A stretch of DNA of 64,000 nucleotides from Malacoraja senta (Eukaryota), in contig CM075990.1 of the NCBI GenBank assembly GCA_038087875.1, positions 1,302,001-1,366,000 on the forward strand, given 5' to 3'. The notes under the pieces were generated by a model. The model made no database searches. It was not told the DNA's origin and was given only the letters and a program-made list of their open reading frames with translations. Every line of letters begins with the position of its first letter. The stretch's first letter is position 1. The translations under genes were made by a program, and so were the position numbers. Of the stretch, positions 25,161 to 38,894 are shown one piece after another.

Positions 25161-26159
25161 ACGCTTTCTAAGGGCTGAATCAGCCCGTTCGCGGTGCCTT
25201 TCATCGCCTGGCGAGGCTCAAAATCAAACTGCTGCATCGAGGCGATCGAGGCATCGAGGCGATCGAGGCTCCCCGTTGAAGCCCCGTCGGCCGATTTTAA
25301 GCCGCGCAAGGCGATGAAAGGCCACGCAAACGGGCGGATTCAAGCCCCACGATTCGGGGCGGACGAAGCTGCTGTTGCTGGAGTTCGGACTCGGTCACCA
25401 CCAGGTCGGATCCCGATGTTACCGTCGACAGGGCCCACGGCCGAAGCCGCCGAAGTGTGTGCGCGCGGCAGGAAATAAATTATGTCCCCCCATGTTTTGA
25501 TAGCGATTTTCGCCCCTGCTTCGACCCAACTTGCCCACGCTACCCAACATGTCCCATCTACACTAGTCCTACCTGTTTTCCTTTGGTCCATATTTCTCCA
25601 AACATTGATGCGAGTTCCCCAGTGACAGGGGTAGGAGTTCGATCCCGGTCTCCTTGAAAACCACCTTGAGCAGGATAAGAATCCAGCATTTTCTACCTTG
25701 TCAAGGCTTGCGATTTGACCGTCGTGGCCCATGTCAGCATTTATTACCTGTCCACGAGAAGTCTTTGTGGCCCGTTGTTCTTCTTCTTCTGAGCATGCCC
25801 CACGGTGCAGTTGGGAAAACGCTTACGAGAGATGTTGACAGACTGACTTCATCGTTTGAAACCTAGAGTGGATTATGTGTTCGAATCCCGTGCATCTCCT
25901 GCATTTCATACCCATGGTTCATTAGGTTACTAAAGCGAACCAGTGTCATAGAATTGAGTGCTACACAGGCGTGGCAGGAAATAGAATGGATGCGCTACTA
26001 ATCGACCAATTACTTGGACGCAGTCTACCGGCGGTGGCTTTATAGGGGAAAGAATGCGAACAAACTCCTGATTTAGAGAAGGACTTTGGTATTAAAGGAC
26101 AGGTGTCACTTGCCGGACGTTGCTTGCCCTTTGAGCTACTCTGACATTGATAGAGAAGT

Positions 26160-27209
26160 GATTGTCACAGGAAACAAAGAGTAGGGATTAACGGGTCCCT
26201 TTCAGAATGGCAGTCAGTGATTAGTGGGGTACCGCAAGGCTCGGTGCTGGGTCCGCAGCTATTTACAATATACATCAATGATTTGGTTGAAGGGATTCAA
26301 AGTAACATTAGCAAATTTGCAGATGACACAAAGCTGGGTGGCAGTGTGAACTGTGAGGAGGATGCTATGAGAATGCAGGGTGGACTTGGACAGGTTGGGG
26401 GAGTGGGCAGATGCATGGCAGATGAAGTTTAATGCGGATAAATGTGAGGTTATCCACTTTGGTAGCAAAAACAGGAAGGCAGATTACTATCTAAATAGCG
26501 TCAAGTTGGGAAAAGGGGGAGAACAACGGGATCTGGGGGTCCTTGTACATCAGTCTATGAAAGTAAGCATGCAGGTACAGCAGGCAGTGAAGAAAGCGAA
26601 TGGCATGTTGGCCTTTATAACAAGAGGAATCGAATATAGGAGCAAAGAGGTCCTTCTGCAGTTATACAGAGCCCTAGTGAGACCACACCTGGAGTATTGT
26701 GTGCAGTTTTGGTCCCCTAATTTGAGGAAGAACATTCTTGCTATTGCGGGAAGGCGGACTGTCATATGCTGAGAGAATGGAGCAGCTAGGCTTGTACACT
26801 CTGGAGTTTAGAAGGATGAGAGGGTATCTCATTGAAACATATAAGATTGTTAAGGGTTTGGATACACTAAAGGCAGGAAACATGTTCCCGAAGTTGGGGA
26901 GTCCAGAACCAGGGGCCACAGTTTAAGAATAAGGAGCAAGCCATTTAGAACGGAGACGAGGAAACACTTTTTCTCACAGAGTGGTGAGTCTGTGGAATTC
27001 TCTGCCTCAGAGGGCGGTGGAGGCAGGTTCTCTGGATGCTTTCTCTTGAGAGCTAGATAGAGCTCTTAAAAATAGCGGAGTGAGGGGATATGGGGAGAAG
27101 GCAGGAACGGGGTACTGATTTGGGATGATCAGCCATGATCACATTGAATGGCGGTGCTGGCCCGAAGGGCCAAATGGCCTACTCCTGCACCTATTGTCTA
27201 TTGTCTATT
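26160..27209 (+). mobile_element. CR1 LINE 3' fragment
   Basis: GVPQGSVLGP...FADD; (ctattgt)n tail. Confidence 0.93.
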
Positions 27210-27739
27210 CGATGTCTTTGTGCGTTTCGGTTACTTTTAATTTTGATACAAGGCCTGTCCTTGATGGTCAGTGACACGGCGATGGCCATGCCGCGACAAT
27301 TAATGGGAAGTTGATAGATCTTCCGGTGTTTGTAGTGATCATTTTCTGGACCATTCATGTCGTGAAGTTAACCAACGCTTTAAGATGGAATAAAACTTTA
27401 AAGTGGAATTACAGTTTTTGGAGTCATAAGATAGTCGTAGCGAAGTAATTAGTGTAAAGCGGGAAATCAAATGAATAAAAAACATAAAATGAAGTCTGGG
27501 ATATTGCACGAGGAAGCACGAGCATCCGGCGCGCTGGGACCGGACAGTTCGTTCAGCGGCAGGTTATATGTTGCTCTGAATGCAGGCAGCCACCGGCGCG
27601 GCCAAAGGCGCATGAGTAATTTAATTTGCACTTGGGACTGGAATAGTGGGCGAGCGACGGTGGCCGGGCATTGGCGCTTGCAGTGAATGCAATGTCTGGT
27701 TTGGCATTAAAGTAAACCAAACAGACGATAAAATCGTGT

Positions 27740-27745
27740 TTTATT
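27740..27745 (-). promoter_or_regulatory. Possible polyadenylation signal of the GPCR gene
   Basis: AATAAA on the minus strand about 570 nt after the stop codon. Confidence 0.3.
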
Positions 27746-28312
27746 TTGTTGAAGGAAGTGAAATAACAGGCTCTTGCATGCCCGCCCCCCCCCCCCCCCC
27801 ACATACAAGCAAAGATACGCTGCCAATAGCCCGACGTGTTGTTGGTGGCCATCAAACACGTACGGCATTGTAGGCAGAGGGTCGCAGGGACAATGCGACC
27901 GCAATCTCGGTGACACAAGGGTGTACGTGGCCGTCTTTGTTCAGTATGAGCGTTGACGGTCTCCACGTCGCCGAGGGTGTCACAGCCCAGGGTGATGGTT
28001 GCTGGAAGTCACGATCTCTGCAGTTGTGGGTAGCGGGTCAAAGACCCGGAAATTGCCCGCAGAGTGCCCACAGTCAGGGAGATTGCGGGGGGGGGGGGGG
28101 AGGGGGTCATCACCTGGCATTAAGGTTCAAGGATCAGGACAGCCGGAATCAGTGGAACGGGTGAGATCAGAAGCTGTAGTTGGTTGACGTCCGGGAGATG
28201 ACAATTGGAGAATTGGTTCGCAGTCGTTGCGTCAGCGGTACCTTGTAAATGAAGTACAGAATGTGAGACGCCGAAGCCAAATTGAGACACCGTGGTTCAC
28301 CCGGGACTGCTC

Positions 28313-29220
28313 TCAGTGGGTGGAACTACTAATCAGCCGCACTAACCAGGTGACTGGATACTTCACCGCACGCTTCAACTGCTCTCTGAACTTGGACTGA
28401 GTCGCCGCGTAAATAAAGGTGTTGGTGCAGCAGCTGACGTTTCTCAGCCAATATCCGACTCGTGCAAATATCTTATCAGAATCGCTGGCGTCTGCTCTCG
28501 AGCCTCTGGCTTGAGTGTAGATGAATTCCACAACGTACGGCAGCCACAAGAGAATAAAACTGCCCGAGAGAGTGAAGAGTAAAACCACAGACCTCCTCCT
28601 GCTCTCCATCTCCGGGTCACCGCAGTTCTGATCTTTGCTCTGACCCCTCAGCCCCTTCCGGGCTCGGCTGGAAACTAAAATGTGCCGGACTGTCAGAGCG
28701 TTGAGGAAGAGAATTACAACGAAAGGAAGGAACGGCGTTAAAACACGCTCGAACCAGCGAAGTGCTACCCACCCGGGATCAGTGAAATACCTTGGGTTCG
28801 TGAAGCAGCCCCACGCCACACCGTCGATGATCTCCCCAGGAATAGAGGTGAAGTAGTGGGGCACGTTTTTCAGACAGAGCAGAACGCCGGTTGTTGCGAG
28901 AACGACAGTCGCTGTCTCTCCCGTGCAATATTTTGTTCTCAGGTTTTGGTAGCAAATGGCGACACAACGATCAAAGGTGAAGGTGACGGTGAACCAGACA
29001 GAGCACTCTGTGGCTGCCCGACGCAGAATGCGGATGACACGACACACAGGGGCGATGTCCAGGAAACTCACCGGGAAATAATATTTATTGATGTCGCTCA
29101 AAATGACGGCAGTGTTAATGACCATTAGATCCGCCGCAGCCATAGCCACCAGGTAGCGAGTTGTGCAGGTAGAGAGGCCACACTTTCCCCGGGACAGGAT
29201 CACGATTGCCACGACATTCA
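28313..29220 (-). CDS. GPR139/GPR142-like class A GPCR, coding exon 2 (end of TM1 to stop)
   Basis: Intact 7TM frame with LVAMAAADL (TM2), PVC...FTFDRCVAIC (TM3), ECL2 Cys (WGCF), LTPFLPF (TM5), FILLWLP (TM6) and CCTNTFIY (TM7). Splice acceptor ctttatccag|TGAAT at 29221/29220, phase 1. Confidence 0.92.
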
Positions 29221-29696
29221 CTGGATAAAGACACCGGGGATTAGTCGCAGATTCATACGACAATGCCGTCCGGCCAATGGAGAAATGAACGAACGGCCAA
29301 TTGGTCCATGTCCACGCCCCAACTAAACGTTCTATTTATCCGCGCGGGCCCATATCAACCAAACTTTATTATCCATGTAACTATCCAAATGCCTTTTAAA
29401 TGTTGTTATTGTACCTGCCTAAACAATGTAATCTGGCAGCGTTTTGCATATACCCACTATCTGAACAAAAGTTGGTTCGCAGATTCGTATTATCCCCTTT
29501 CGCCTCTCACCTTAAACCAAAGTACGATAATTCTTGATGCCCCTGTCGTGGGAAAAGAATTCGGTTAATTCATCTATTCGACTCACGATTTTAGACACCT
29601 TAACTGCATTACCGTCAGAATTCTGGTCTCAAAATAATTCAGCCCTCCAATACTTAATCTGTCCCCATTGCTCTTGAATTAATGCTCTTGCATAGC

Positions 29697-29832
29697 CCAC
29701 TGAATGAATTTCCACATATCATTTCCCACTGAATGAATTTCCACATGTCATTTCGCGCTGAATTAATTTCCACATATCATGTCCCAATGAATTAGTTTCC
29801 ATATATCATGTCCCACTGAATTAATTTCCATA
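29697..29832. repeat. Minisatellite, 29-bp unit, about 4.8 copies
   Basis: ccactgaatgaatttccacatatcatttc repeated. Confidence 0.9.
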
Positions 29833-29879
29833 TACCTCTATTCCATCTACCCCCCGTGGTCCAGTTCCCCCCTATCTAC

Positions 29880-30950
29880 TTCACACGCTCTTCGTCCCTT
29901 CAATGACTTCCGTTTCCCAGGCCCTCTCCCTCATCTTTACTATGGATGTCCAGTCACTCTACACCTCCACCCCCCACCAGGAAGCCCTCTGTTTCTTAAG
30001 CCCTCCGTTTCTTTTTCGATCGCAGAACCAGCCAATTTCCGTCTACTAATACACTCCTCCGCCTAGCAGAGCTGGTCCGTACCCTCAACAACTTCTCTGA
30101 CGTCACCTCCCACTTCCTCCAAATCCAAGGTGTAGCTATGGGCAATCGCATGGTCCCCAGCTATGCCTGCGTCTTTGTATGGTACATCGAACAATCATGG
30201 TTTCAGGCGTACACTGGCTCTATCCCAGAACTCTACCTCCGCTACAATGACGACAGTATTGGTGCTACCTCCTGCACCCATGCAGAACTCAAACACCCTG
30301 TTCAACTCGTCGCTTCCCACCCAAACCACCCGCTCCCCAGGTACTTTCCAGGTACTTTCCCCTGCAACCGCAGGAGATGCAACACCTGTCCATTTACCTC
30401 CCTCCTCGACTCCATCCAAGAAATGCGTCAGTCTTTTTAGGTAAGGCATCGGTTCATTTGCACCTCCTCAAACCTCATCTACTGTATTCGCTGTTCCAGG
30501 TGTCAACTCCACTATATCGGCGCGGCCAAGCGCAGGCTCGGCAATCGTTTCGATGCCTCAACCTACCTGGCCTCCTGATTGCTCAGCAATTTAACTCCCC
30601 CTCCCATTCCCAATCTGAGCTTTCTGGCCAGGGCCTCCTCCATTGTCAGAGTGAGGCCCAGCGCAAATTGGAGGAACAGCGCCTCATATTTCGCCTGGGT
30701 AGCTTACACCCCAGCGGTATGAACAGTGACTTCTCCAACATCAAATAGCCCTCGTTCAACCTCGCTCTCCACCACCTCCCCTTTCCCAGTTCACCCACCA
30801 GTCTTACTGTCTCCGACTACATTCCATGTCTGTCCTGCTCACTCCCCTGACATCAGTCTGAAAAAGGGTCTCGACCCGAAACGTCACAAATTCCTTCTCT
30901 TCAGAGATGCCGCCTTTCCCGCTGAGTTACTCCAGCATTTTGTGTCTACC
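29880..30950 (+). mobile_element. Penelope-like element fragment in the GPCR intron
   Basis: MDVQSLYT, AMGNRMVPSYA, YLRYNDD and a GIY-YIG remnant; same 3' terminus as 1889-3190. Confidence 0.88.
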
Positions 30951-30999
30951 ATAGCTCTTGAGTCATGGCAGCAGCCTCATAAATCGACTACATACTTTT

Positions 31000-33900
31000 T
31001 CTAGTTTACTGGCGTATTTCCTATCTCAGAGTGTCCAGAACTGAACTCAATATTCCAAATGCTGCTTCGTCCACTTCTTGTATGGCTGTAACATAACGTC
31101 TCGGCGGCTATATTTAGTGTCCTGACTGATGGCCAGCAAGTCAGAAGCCTTCTTCAAAACCTTATCCATATGCATGTACCATGTACTTTTACTCCACGAT
31201 CCCTATGCTCTACAATACTCCAGGGCCTTGCCATTCTCGGTGGATGTTCTGCCCTGGTTTGACTTGCCAAAATGCAAGACTGCACAATTATCATAGTTAT
31301 ACAGCATGGTGAAGTATCCGTCTACCCACTTCGTCCATGTCGACTGAGACGTCCCATCTAAACTTGCCCCATGTTGGCCCATATCCCCAAACATTTATTA
31401 TCCATGCACCTGTCTAAATGTCCGATTTACGTTACCACCAGTGTCACCTGCAGATTTGCAAATCATGCAATTTTCATCCAATTTGTTGATGTTGACGACA
31501 AACCTCAATGGGCGCAGGACTGATGCCTGACATACTGCTAGTCACAGGCCTTCAGTCGTCCACCTGAAATAACCTTTCACCTCCACTCTCTACTTCATAC
31601 TCTGCTGGCAGCCCTGTACCCATATCCCTGGATCCAATGCAGTGTAATCTTCCAGAGCAGCCTACATTGTGGAACCATCAAAGGCCTTTGCTGAAGTCCA
31701 TATAGATCACGTCTAATGCCCGGTTCTTGGGTACATCTTCACTATAATTAGGCATGTCCGTGAGATACTATGTCCCACGCATATGACCATATTGACTAGC
31801 TCAAGTCAAGCTCCGCCGTTCGAACAACACATGTATTTTATTCCACAGGGAACGTTCCTTAATTTGATGTTAGATACACTGGTCTATAATACTCAGGAAT
31901 TACTTTGTAATCCTTCTTAAATAAAACCACAACTTGAGCCACAGTAATTCGAAATTAATCTGTGTATAACAAAGATTCCAATATCTCAACGATGGTTCCT
32001 GGAATTTCTTCTATCGTTCCCTACTGTGCCCTTGGATAAATATGAAGCCTGAGAGATTGATCTGTCTTCATGACTTGGAATATCCAGCACCCCCACCACA
32101 GTAATGCGGGCTGCTTACAAGACAATGCCATGAACCAATTCCCAAGATCCAATTCTTCATTTATTTTTGCAAGGTGAAAACAGAGAAGTGTCAAGTGAGG
32201 TCCTTGCCCATCTCTTGCAGCTCCATACACACATGAGCACTTTGAGTTCTCATGGGTCATATTCTCTCCCAAGTTACAGTTGCCCGCTTAATATGCATAA
32301 AATCTGTTTGGATTCTCCGAATTTTATCTGTCAGAACAAACCCATGCCACGTCTTTGCCCTCCCGGTGTCCTTAACGAGCTTACTCCTCTGTCTCTTATA
32401 ATCCTACAGGGATAAACCTGATCCCAGTTGACTATATCAGCCTCCTTGTTCATGACCGCAGTCTCAATTCATCCCTAACATTCACTAGGACTCCTGACTA
32501 CAACCGGCCTTGCCCTCCACTCTCGTCGGAACACACATACCTTGAAATCTCACCGCTACACTTGCAGATGCACCACACTTGCCCGACCGCCCATAACCTT
32601 GCAAACAATCTACTCCAATCAACTTTAGCAAGTTATTTTCCCAAATATATCATTATTAAAATTGGTCTTATCCCACTCCAGGGACTAGCTCTGTTCTCAT
32701 CCATAATTATTTTAAAGCTCATGTTGTCGCTCGTCACAAAGTGCTTGTCCATTAACACTTCATTCACTTGCCATCCCCAAATCCCTCAGAGTAGATCAAG
32801 CTTTGCCCTCTCCCTAATAGGGCCCTCCACAGATTATCTAAGTTAATCATTCCTGAACATCATTGGTATGTTCCAGCCCACGCAAGCGCTTGGCACTATG
32901 GCAGCCCGAGCCTACATTGGGGAAGCTTAAATACCCTACTGTCTTGCACCTGTCTGTATTCTCCCGGCATATTAGTTTATTTAATTCTCGCTGTGTATTT
33001 GTTATTTTACTTCTCAGCGTCACTCATATAGCATCCCAGGCCGAACCATCAATAATATCATCCCAGACTACACATGTGTTGCTCGTCTTAGTCAGTAAAG
33101 CAATTCCCCACATGTTGTACTCCCACCTCTAGCTCACCTGCATCACTTTACCCTGGGAAACTAAGCCACCATTCCCATTCCCCTTTAGGGGAATTCCGCG
33201 GTGGATATAATGTCCAAGGTGCAAGTAGCCACCCACACCCTGTTTAACCACCTTACCTGTCAAGCTAATTTCATTGAAATAAATAATACAGACCAACACT
33301 TTTTTCTCGCTCCCTGCTGTGCTGCTGCCTCTACCGTCTACTGAACTTGCTGACATTGATTCTATATCAACCTCCAGCCACCCACCAGTTTCATTAATAC
33401 AATGGCCCCAATGCCCCCGCCAAAGTATTTTAACCCTCCCGAATAGCACTTGCAAACCCGCCCACCAGTTGATTAGTCCCTCTCCAGTGCAGGCTCTATT
33501 CGTACATGATATTATACTCATGAATTCTGCCCCAGAAAAATCCTATTGGTTTGAAACTCTTAATACCCTGCATCAACTCGCGGGCCACGCGTACATCTAT
33601 TCCTATCCTCATTAGCACGTGGTAGCGAGAAGAATCCAGAGATTGCTTCCCTTGAGATTCTGCTTTATAACATTTACCTAACACATAAGTTAATTAGTTC
33701 ATGTGATGGGAGCAGAATTAGGCCATTTGGCCCATCAAGTCTACTCCGCCGTTCAATCATGGCTGGTCTTCCTTTCCCTCTCAATCGCATTCTCCTGCCT
33801 TCTCCCAATAACCACTGTCTCGCGTCCTAATCTATGTTTAAACGTATCAATTGCCGACCTCCATAGACATCTGTGACAATGAATTCCACAGATATACTAC

Positions 33901-34340
33901 TCTCTGACTAAAGAAATTCCTCCTCATCTCCTTCCTAAAGGGACGTCCTTTTATCCTGCTATGGCCTCTGGTCCCAGACTCCCCACACTAGTGGATACAT
34001 AATTTCCACATTCATCCACTCCTTCTATTGACTCTGCAACACATCATCCCTTTCCCAGCCTATGTTAGTACCATGCTCACGGCGACTTCTGGCTGCTCAC
34101 ACTACCTTCAAAATGATCTGTGGCCAGACAAAGATATCCTGTACCCTGGTACCGGGGATGCAACTCACCATCCAAGAGTCCCATTTGCGGCGACTGACAT
34201 CTCTGTCTGTTCGCCGAACTAACGATTCTCCTGCCCATATAGCATTGTCTGCTCACCCCTTCCCTGTTCTGCCCCCGTGCCAGGCCGGAGCTACAGAACT
34301 GACCGCTGCTGCTGTACTCTGAACGGTCATCCCAACCTCC
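31000..34340 (-). mobile_element. Highly decayed CR1-like region within the GPCR intron
   Basis: Patchy similarity (CAVLHFGKSN, CR1 3' UTR at about 33700-34020); boundaries approximate. Confidence 0.5.
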
Positions 34341-34799
34341 CCCCTAGTATTTCCGAAAGAGTATGGAGACACAGGAAAACTGGGCGTGTTCCAATCTTGT
34401 GCAACACACAAAGTGCTGGAGGAACTCGGCGAGATTTGCAACGTCTGTAGAGGAAACAACGTTTTAGGTCGGGGCCCTTCTCCAGTCTGAAATAGGGTCC
34501 CGATCCGAAACTTCGTCAGTCTATTTCCTGCATAGATGTTACACGTCCCGCTGAGTCCCTCCAGCACTATTCAAAAGGGTTTACTTGTTTAAGACGGCGA
34601 TGGCACAGGTGATATCTACACCCTCTGCCTACTCCCTTCACCCTTCCGGTTGGTTATGCGGCTACCTTCTGCCTGTACCGAAGGAGTGTCCATTTCGCCT
34701 TGACTCCTGTCTCTGAAGCCCTAATTTACCCTAATACATCTGACGCTGTGCAGCTGCAACTCCAGTTCCCCCAGTCGGTCAGTCAGGAGCTGCACTTTA

Positions 34800-35135
34800 T
34801 TTTAGTTAAGAGGTTCAGCGCGGAAACTGGCCCTTCGGCCCACCGAGCCCGCACCGACCAGCGACCTCCAACACGATCTCACATGCGCAAGGGATAATGT
34901 TTACGTCAATCACCTTTATACTAAGCCAATTAACTTACAAAACTTGTACGTCTTTGGAGTGTGGGAGGAAATCGAAAATCTCGTAGAAAACCCACGCAGG
35001 TCACGGGGAGAGTCAAGGTCGAACCCGGGTCCCTCACGCTGTGCAAGGCAGCAGGTCACGGGGAGAGTCAAGGTCGAACCCGGGTCCCTCACGCTGTGCA
35101 AGGCAGCAGCTCTACCGCTAGACAACCGTGCTGCC
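34800..35135 (-). mobile_element. tRNA-derived SINE with an internal tandem duplication of about 55 bp
   Basis: Family match; gcaggtcacggggagag...tgcaaggca occurs twice. Confidence 0.75.
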
Positions 35136-35764
35136 TTGGACTCACTTCCTACAGGTGCAGTTCTAAAATACTCTGGAAGTATCCCTGACTTCCCACATCC
35201 TGCAGGAGGAGCACACGGGTGCGCAATGTGCCATCCCGACTGCTCTAAAACAAACAAACAAACAAGAGGATCAATAATGCCTTTCCTACTATCTATATTG
35301 AAAATATTTCCCGAAGTATATCAAGCCAAATCCTCAGTACTTGACATCAAACACAATACTTGCGCCTCAGAGCGCAGCCTCTCCCTAACAGCCGCCAACG
35401 AACGCCTGCTGCGCTCACTCATGCCTTTCGCTTACACCTCACCTGTCGCTCTCGGACAACAACGGCTGCTGTTCCTTGATAATTCTCATCTCAGTTGCAC
35501 ATTCTCGTGAAACTGAATGCATTCTCGGATTCTGAGCTCATATTGATTTTATCAACCAAAACGGAAACGTTTCGGTCGTGTCAACAGTAGCAAAGTTAAA
35601 TCCCGGTTCTAACCCTTCCACACCCTGGCTTTTCCGGAATACGGCCGTGGGTACGGTTTGAATTATTGACAGGGAAGCACAGTGGAACCGATAGTTGCCA
35701 AGTTTGCCCTTTCTATGCATTAAAGATGTTGGAACCAGTCTTCCCAATTTGACCTGGACCCGCA

Positions 35765-36025
35765 GGAGTTGCGCAGCGGCAGAGCTGTTGCCTTACAGCG
35801 CCAGAGACCAGAGTTCGATCCTGACTATGGGTGCTGTCTGTACGGAGTTTGTACGTTCTCCCTTTGAATTTTCTCTGGGTTTCCTGCCACACTCCAAACG
35901 CGTACAGGTTTGTCGGTTAGTTGGATTCGGTAAAATTATAAATTGTCCCTGGGATAGTGTTAGTTGGACGGCGCGAACTCTTTGGGCCGAAAGGACTATT
36001 TCAGCGCTGTATCACTAAAGCTAAA
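35765..36025 (+). mobile_element. tRNA-derived SINE
   Basis: Family match. Confidence 0.85.
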
Positions 36026-36245
36026 ATAAAGTCTGAAATCTAAAGTTTTGACACGACCCCAAGAAACCTCTTGTCTTCAGCGAGTCAAGGAGAGCTTATG
36101 CGTGAAGACAGTGGACAGTATAGGGTCCGACAGCACAGTAGTTCCGTTACTGTGCTAGTGCAGACAGTACAGAAGTTCCGTTACTGTGCTAATGCCGCCG
36201 TGAGTACAGATCTACAGCCACACACACGCCCAGTGATACGGCCAT

Positions 36246-36500
36246 TAGTTTAGTTTAGAGATACAGCGCGAAAACAGGCCCTTCCGCCCACCGGGTCCGC
36301 GCCGTCCAACTAACACTATCCTAGGGACAATTTATAATTTTACCGAATCCAATTAACCGAAAACCTGTACGTCTTTGGAGTGTGGCAGGAAACCGAAACA
36401 CACCGAAACACCCGCGGTCACAGGGAGAACGTACAAACTCCGTACAGACAGCACCCATAGTCAGGATCGAACCCGGGTTTCTGGCGCTGTAAGGTAGCGC
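36246..36500 (-). mobile_element. tRNA-derived SINE
   Basis: Family match; inverted relative to 35765-36025. Confidence 0.85.
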
Positions 36501-36619
36501 AGCTCTTCCTTTTCTTCCCACTACACGAACTTGCGAACACTAGGGCCAATTTTTTACATTTACACAGCCAATTAACCTACAAGCCTGTACGCCTTTGGAG
36601 TGTGGGAGAAAGCCGAAGA

Positions 36620-37035
36620 TCTTCTGCAGTTGTATAGGGCTCCGGTAAGACCACATCTGGAGTATTGCGTACAGTTTTGGTCTCCTAACTTGAGGAAGGA
36701 CATCCTTGTGATTGAGGCAGAGCAGCGTAGGTGCACGAGATTGATCCCTGGGATGGCGGGACTGTCATATGAGGAAAGATTGAAAAGAGTAGGCTTGTAT
36801 TCACTGGAGTTTAGAAGGATGAGGGGGGTCTTATAGAAACATATAAAATTATAAAAGGACTGGACAAGCTAGATGCAGGAAAAATGTTACCAATGTTGGG
36901 CGAGTCCAGAACCAAGAGAGAAGGCAGGCACGGGTTATTGATTGGGGACGATCAGCCATGATCGCAATGAATGGCGGTGTTGGCTCGAAGGGCCGAATGG
37001 CCTCCTGCACCTATTTTCTACGTTTCTATGTTTCT
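36620..37035 (+). mobile_element. CR1 3' fragment inserted in a SINE
   Basis: RPHLEYCVQFWSP and the CR1 tail. Confidence 0.88.
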
Positions 37036-37679
37036 ATCTCGGAGAAAACCCACGCAGAACGTACCAACTCCATACAGACAACACCCATTGTCGGGATCGA
37101 ACATGGACCTACGGCGGCAGGCAGCAATTCTACCGCTGCGCCGTGAGTTCGAGCGACTTACCCCATGGTGCCATGCAATGAGTACATTCCTCCGATGGCA
37201 GTCTCCAACTTTCATACGTGGCGACGGGACCAATGTTTCCAATGTATTAGTAACTCGCTGCCATTGTACTTTCCTTAAGTATACTACATTGATAGCTTCC
37301 CCGGGTGCTGACTGTTCCGTATTTTGATGTGATGGTACAAATACCCCGGTAGAAGGCACAACGAAATCCCCGAGTTACAAGTAGCGGATTATTCTCAATT
37401 TCTTGTGTGTAACAAAAGGGGGGGGGGCAGTTATTGAGAACATTGCTGTGATGTGCTGTGGACTCGTTATAAGGGACAGAAATGGGGTAATTACCAACAT
37501 GACCATAAACAGAGCTGTCCGCTCACACCGACGCCGCAACCTTAAACAATGAAGCAAGGACCAACAACCCGGCCCTTCGGATCCATGGCTCCTTCAATAT
37601 AATCACGTCTGATCCTTTATTCCAAAAGCATGTTAGCGCTCGCCCTTCCTTCCCCTGACTTCTGCCCAGAAATTTGTCT

Positions 37680-38220
37680 CATAGAGTCATAGAGTGATAC
37701 AGTGTGGAAACAGGCCCTTCGGCCCAAGTTGCTCATACCGGCAAACATGTCGCAGCTGCACTAGTCCCACTGCCTGCGTTTGGTCCATATCCCTCTAAAC
37801 CTGTCCAATCCATGTACCTCTCTAACTGTTTCTAAAGCGTTGGGATAGTCCCAGCCTTAACTACCTCCCCCTGGAAGCTTGTTCCTCACATCGACCACCA
37901 CCCTTTGTGCGGAAGTTTACTCCTCAGATTCCTATTCAATCTTTTCCCCTTCACCGTAAACCTGTGTGTTCTGGTCCGCGATTCGCCCACTCTGGGCAAG
38001 AGACTCTGTGCATCTACCCGATCTATTTAATGATATTATACACCTCTATAAGTTCACCCCTCACGCTCGTGCGCTCCTGGGAAGAGTCACAACCTACTCA
38101 ACCTCTCCCAATCGCGCAGACCTTGTAGTCCTGGCAACATCCTCGTTAATCTTTTCTGTACCTTTTCCAGCTTGACAATATCGTTCAATACTACGATGCC
38201 CAGAACTGAACACAACTCTC
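37680..38220 (-). mobile_element. CR1 3' fragment
   Basis: VKLEKVQKRLTRMLPGL; ctctatgactctatg tail. Confidence 0.8.
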
Positions 38221-38797
38221 TGAATATCGTCTTACACACTATTTTTCTTAGATATCTTTCGGCAACCATCTTGACATTCCGTGTCGGCGTATATCAGATT
38301 GGCCAATTCCTCCATAAAAACACTTTCAGTCAGCCTGAACATGTCATCTTGAGAATGTGTCCATGGTTGTGTACACAGAACAGATAGGGAAAGTCCTTAT
38401 CAGACCATTTGTTACGATGTTTGTTTTACTTAATTGTCATTGTAACCCCCATTCCTCTAAGCTCCAGTGAATGTAGATCTACTCCCCCGTTATTTAGTAG
38501 TTTTGCTATCCCAGAAAACAGTATGTGCCACCTTTCCTACACCATAGTCAAGTTTTATCCAAGTTAAGCCAAGGTTCCAACTCTTGTGTATAGAACACTC
38601 CACGGGTAGCCGAAAGACGACAGGTGTAATAATGGTGACGCCCCTGACTTGTGCTGTCCAAGTCTTTTTCACAATGAAGCAATGTACAATTAACCGCTAA
38701 AATGTCCTCTTAACTGCTTTTATTGATTTGGTGATGAGCTCAAGCAGTTATTTTTAGCATCCCCGTTTCCTAACATATCACGATTTAAATATATTGA

Positions 38798-38894
38798 AGG
38801 TACACAAAAATGCTGGAGAAACTCAGCGGGTGCAGCAGCATCTATGGAGTGAAGGAAATAGGTAACGTTTCGGGCCGAAACCCTTCTTCAGACG
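38798..38894 (-). mobile_element. 97-bp Penelope-derived unit with hammerhead-like core
   Basis: Flanked by a 12-bp TSD (taaatatattga); CUGAAGA-stem-GAAACGUU at 38864-38891. Confidence 0.8.

Noticed and set aside
29221-29263. N-terminus MSYESATNPRCLYP of the 316-aa ORF
   Set aside because: Intronic read-through. It lacks the first half of TM1, and a phase-compatible exon 1 exists at 39410-39476.
29697-29832. CRISPR-like periodicity
   Set aside because: Head-to-tail tandem repeats with no spacers, no cas genes, and a vertebrate context.
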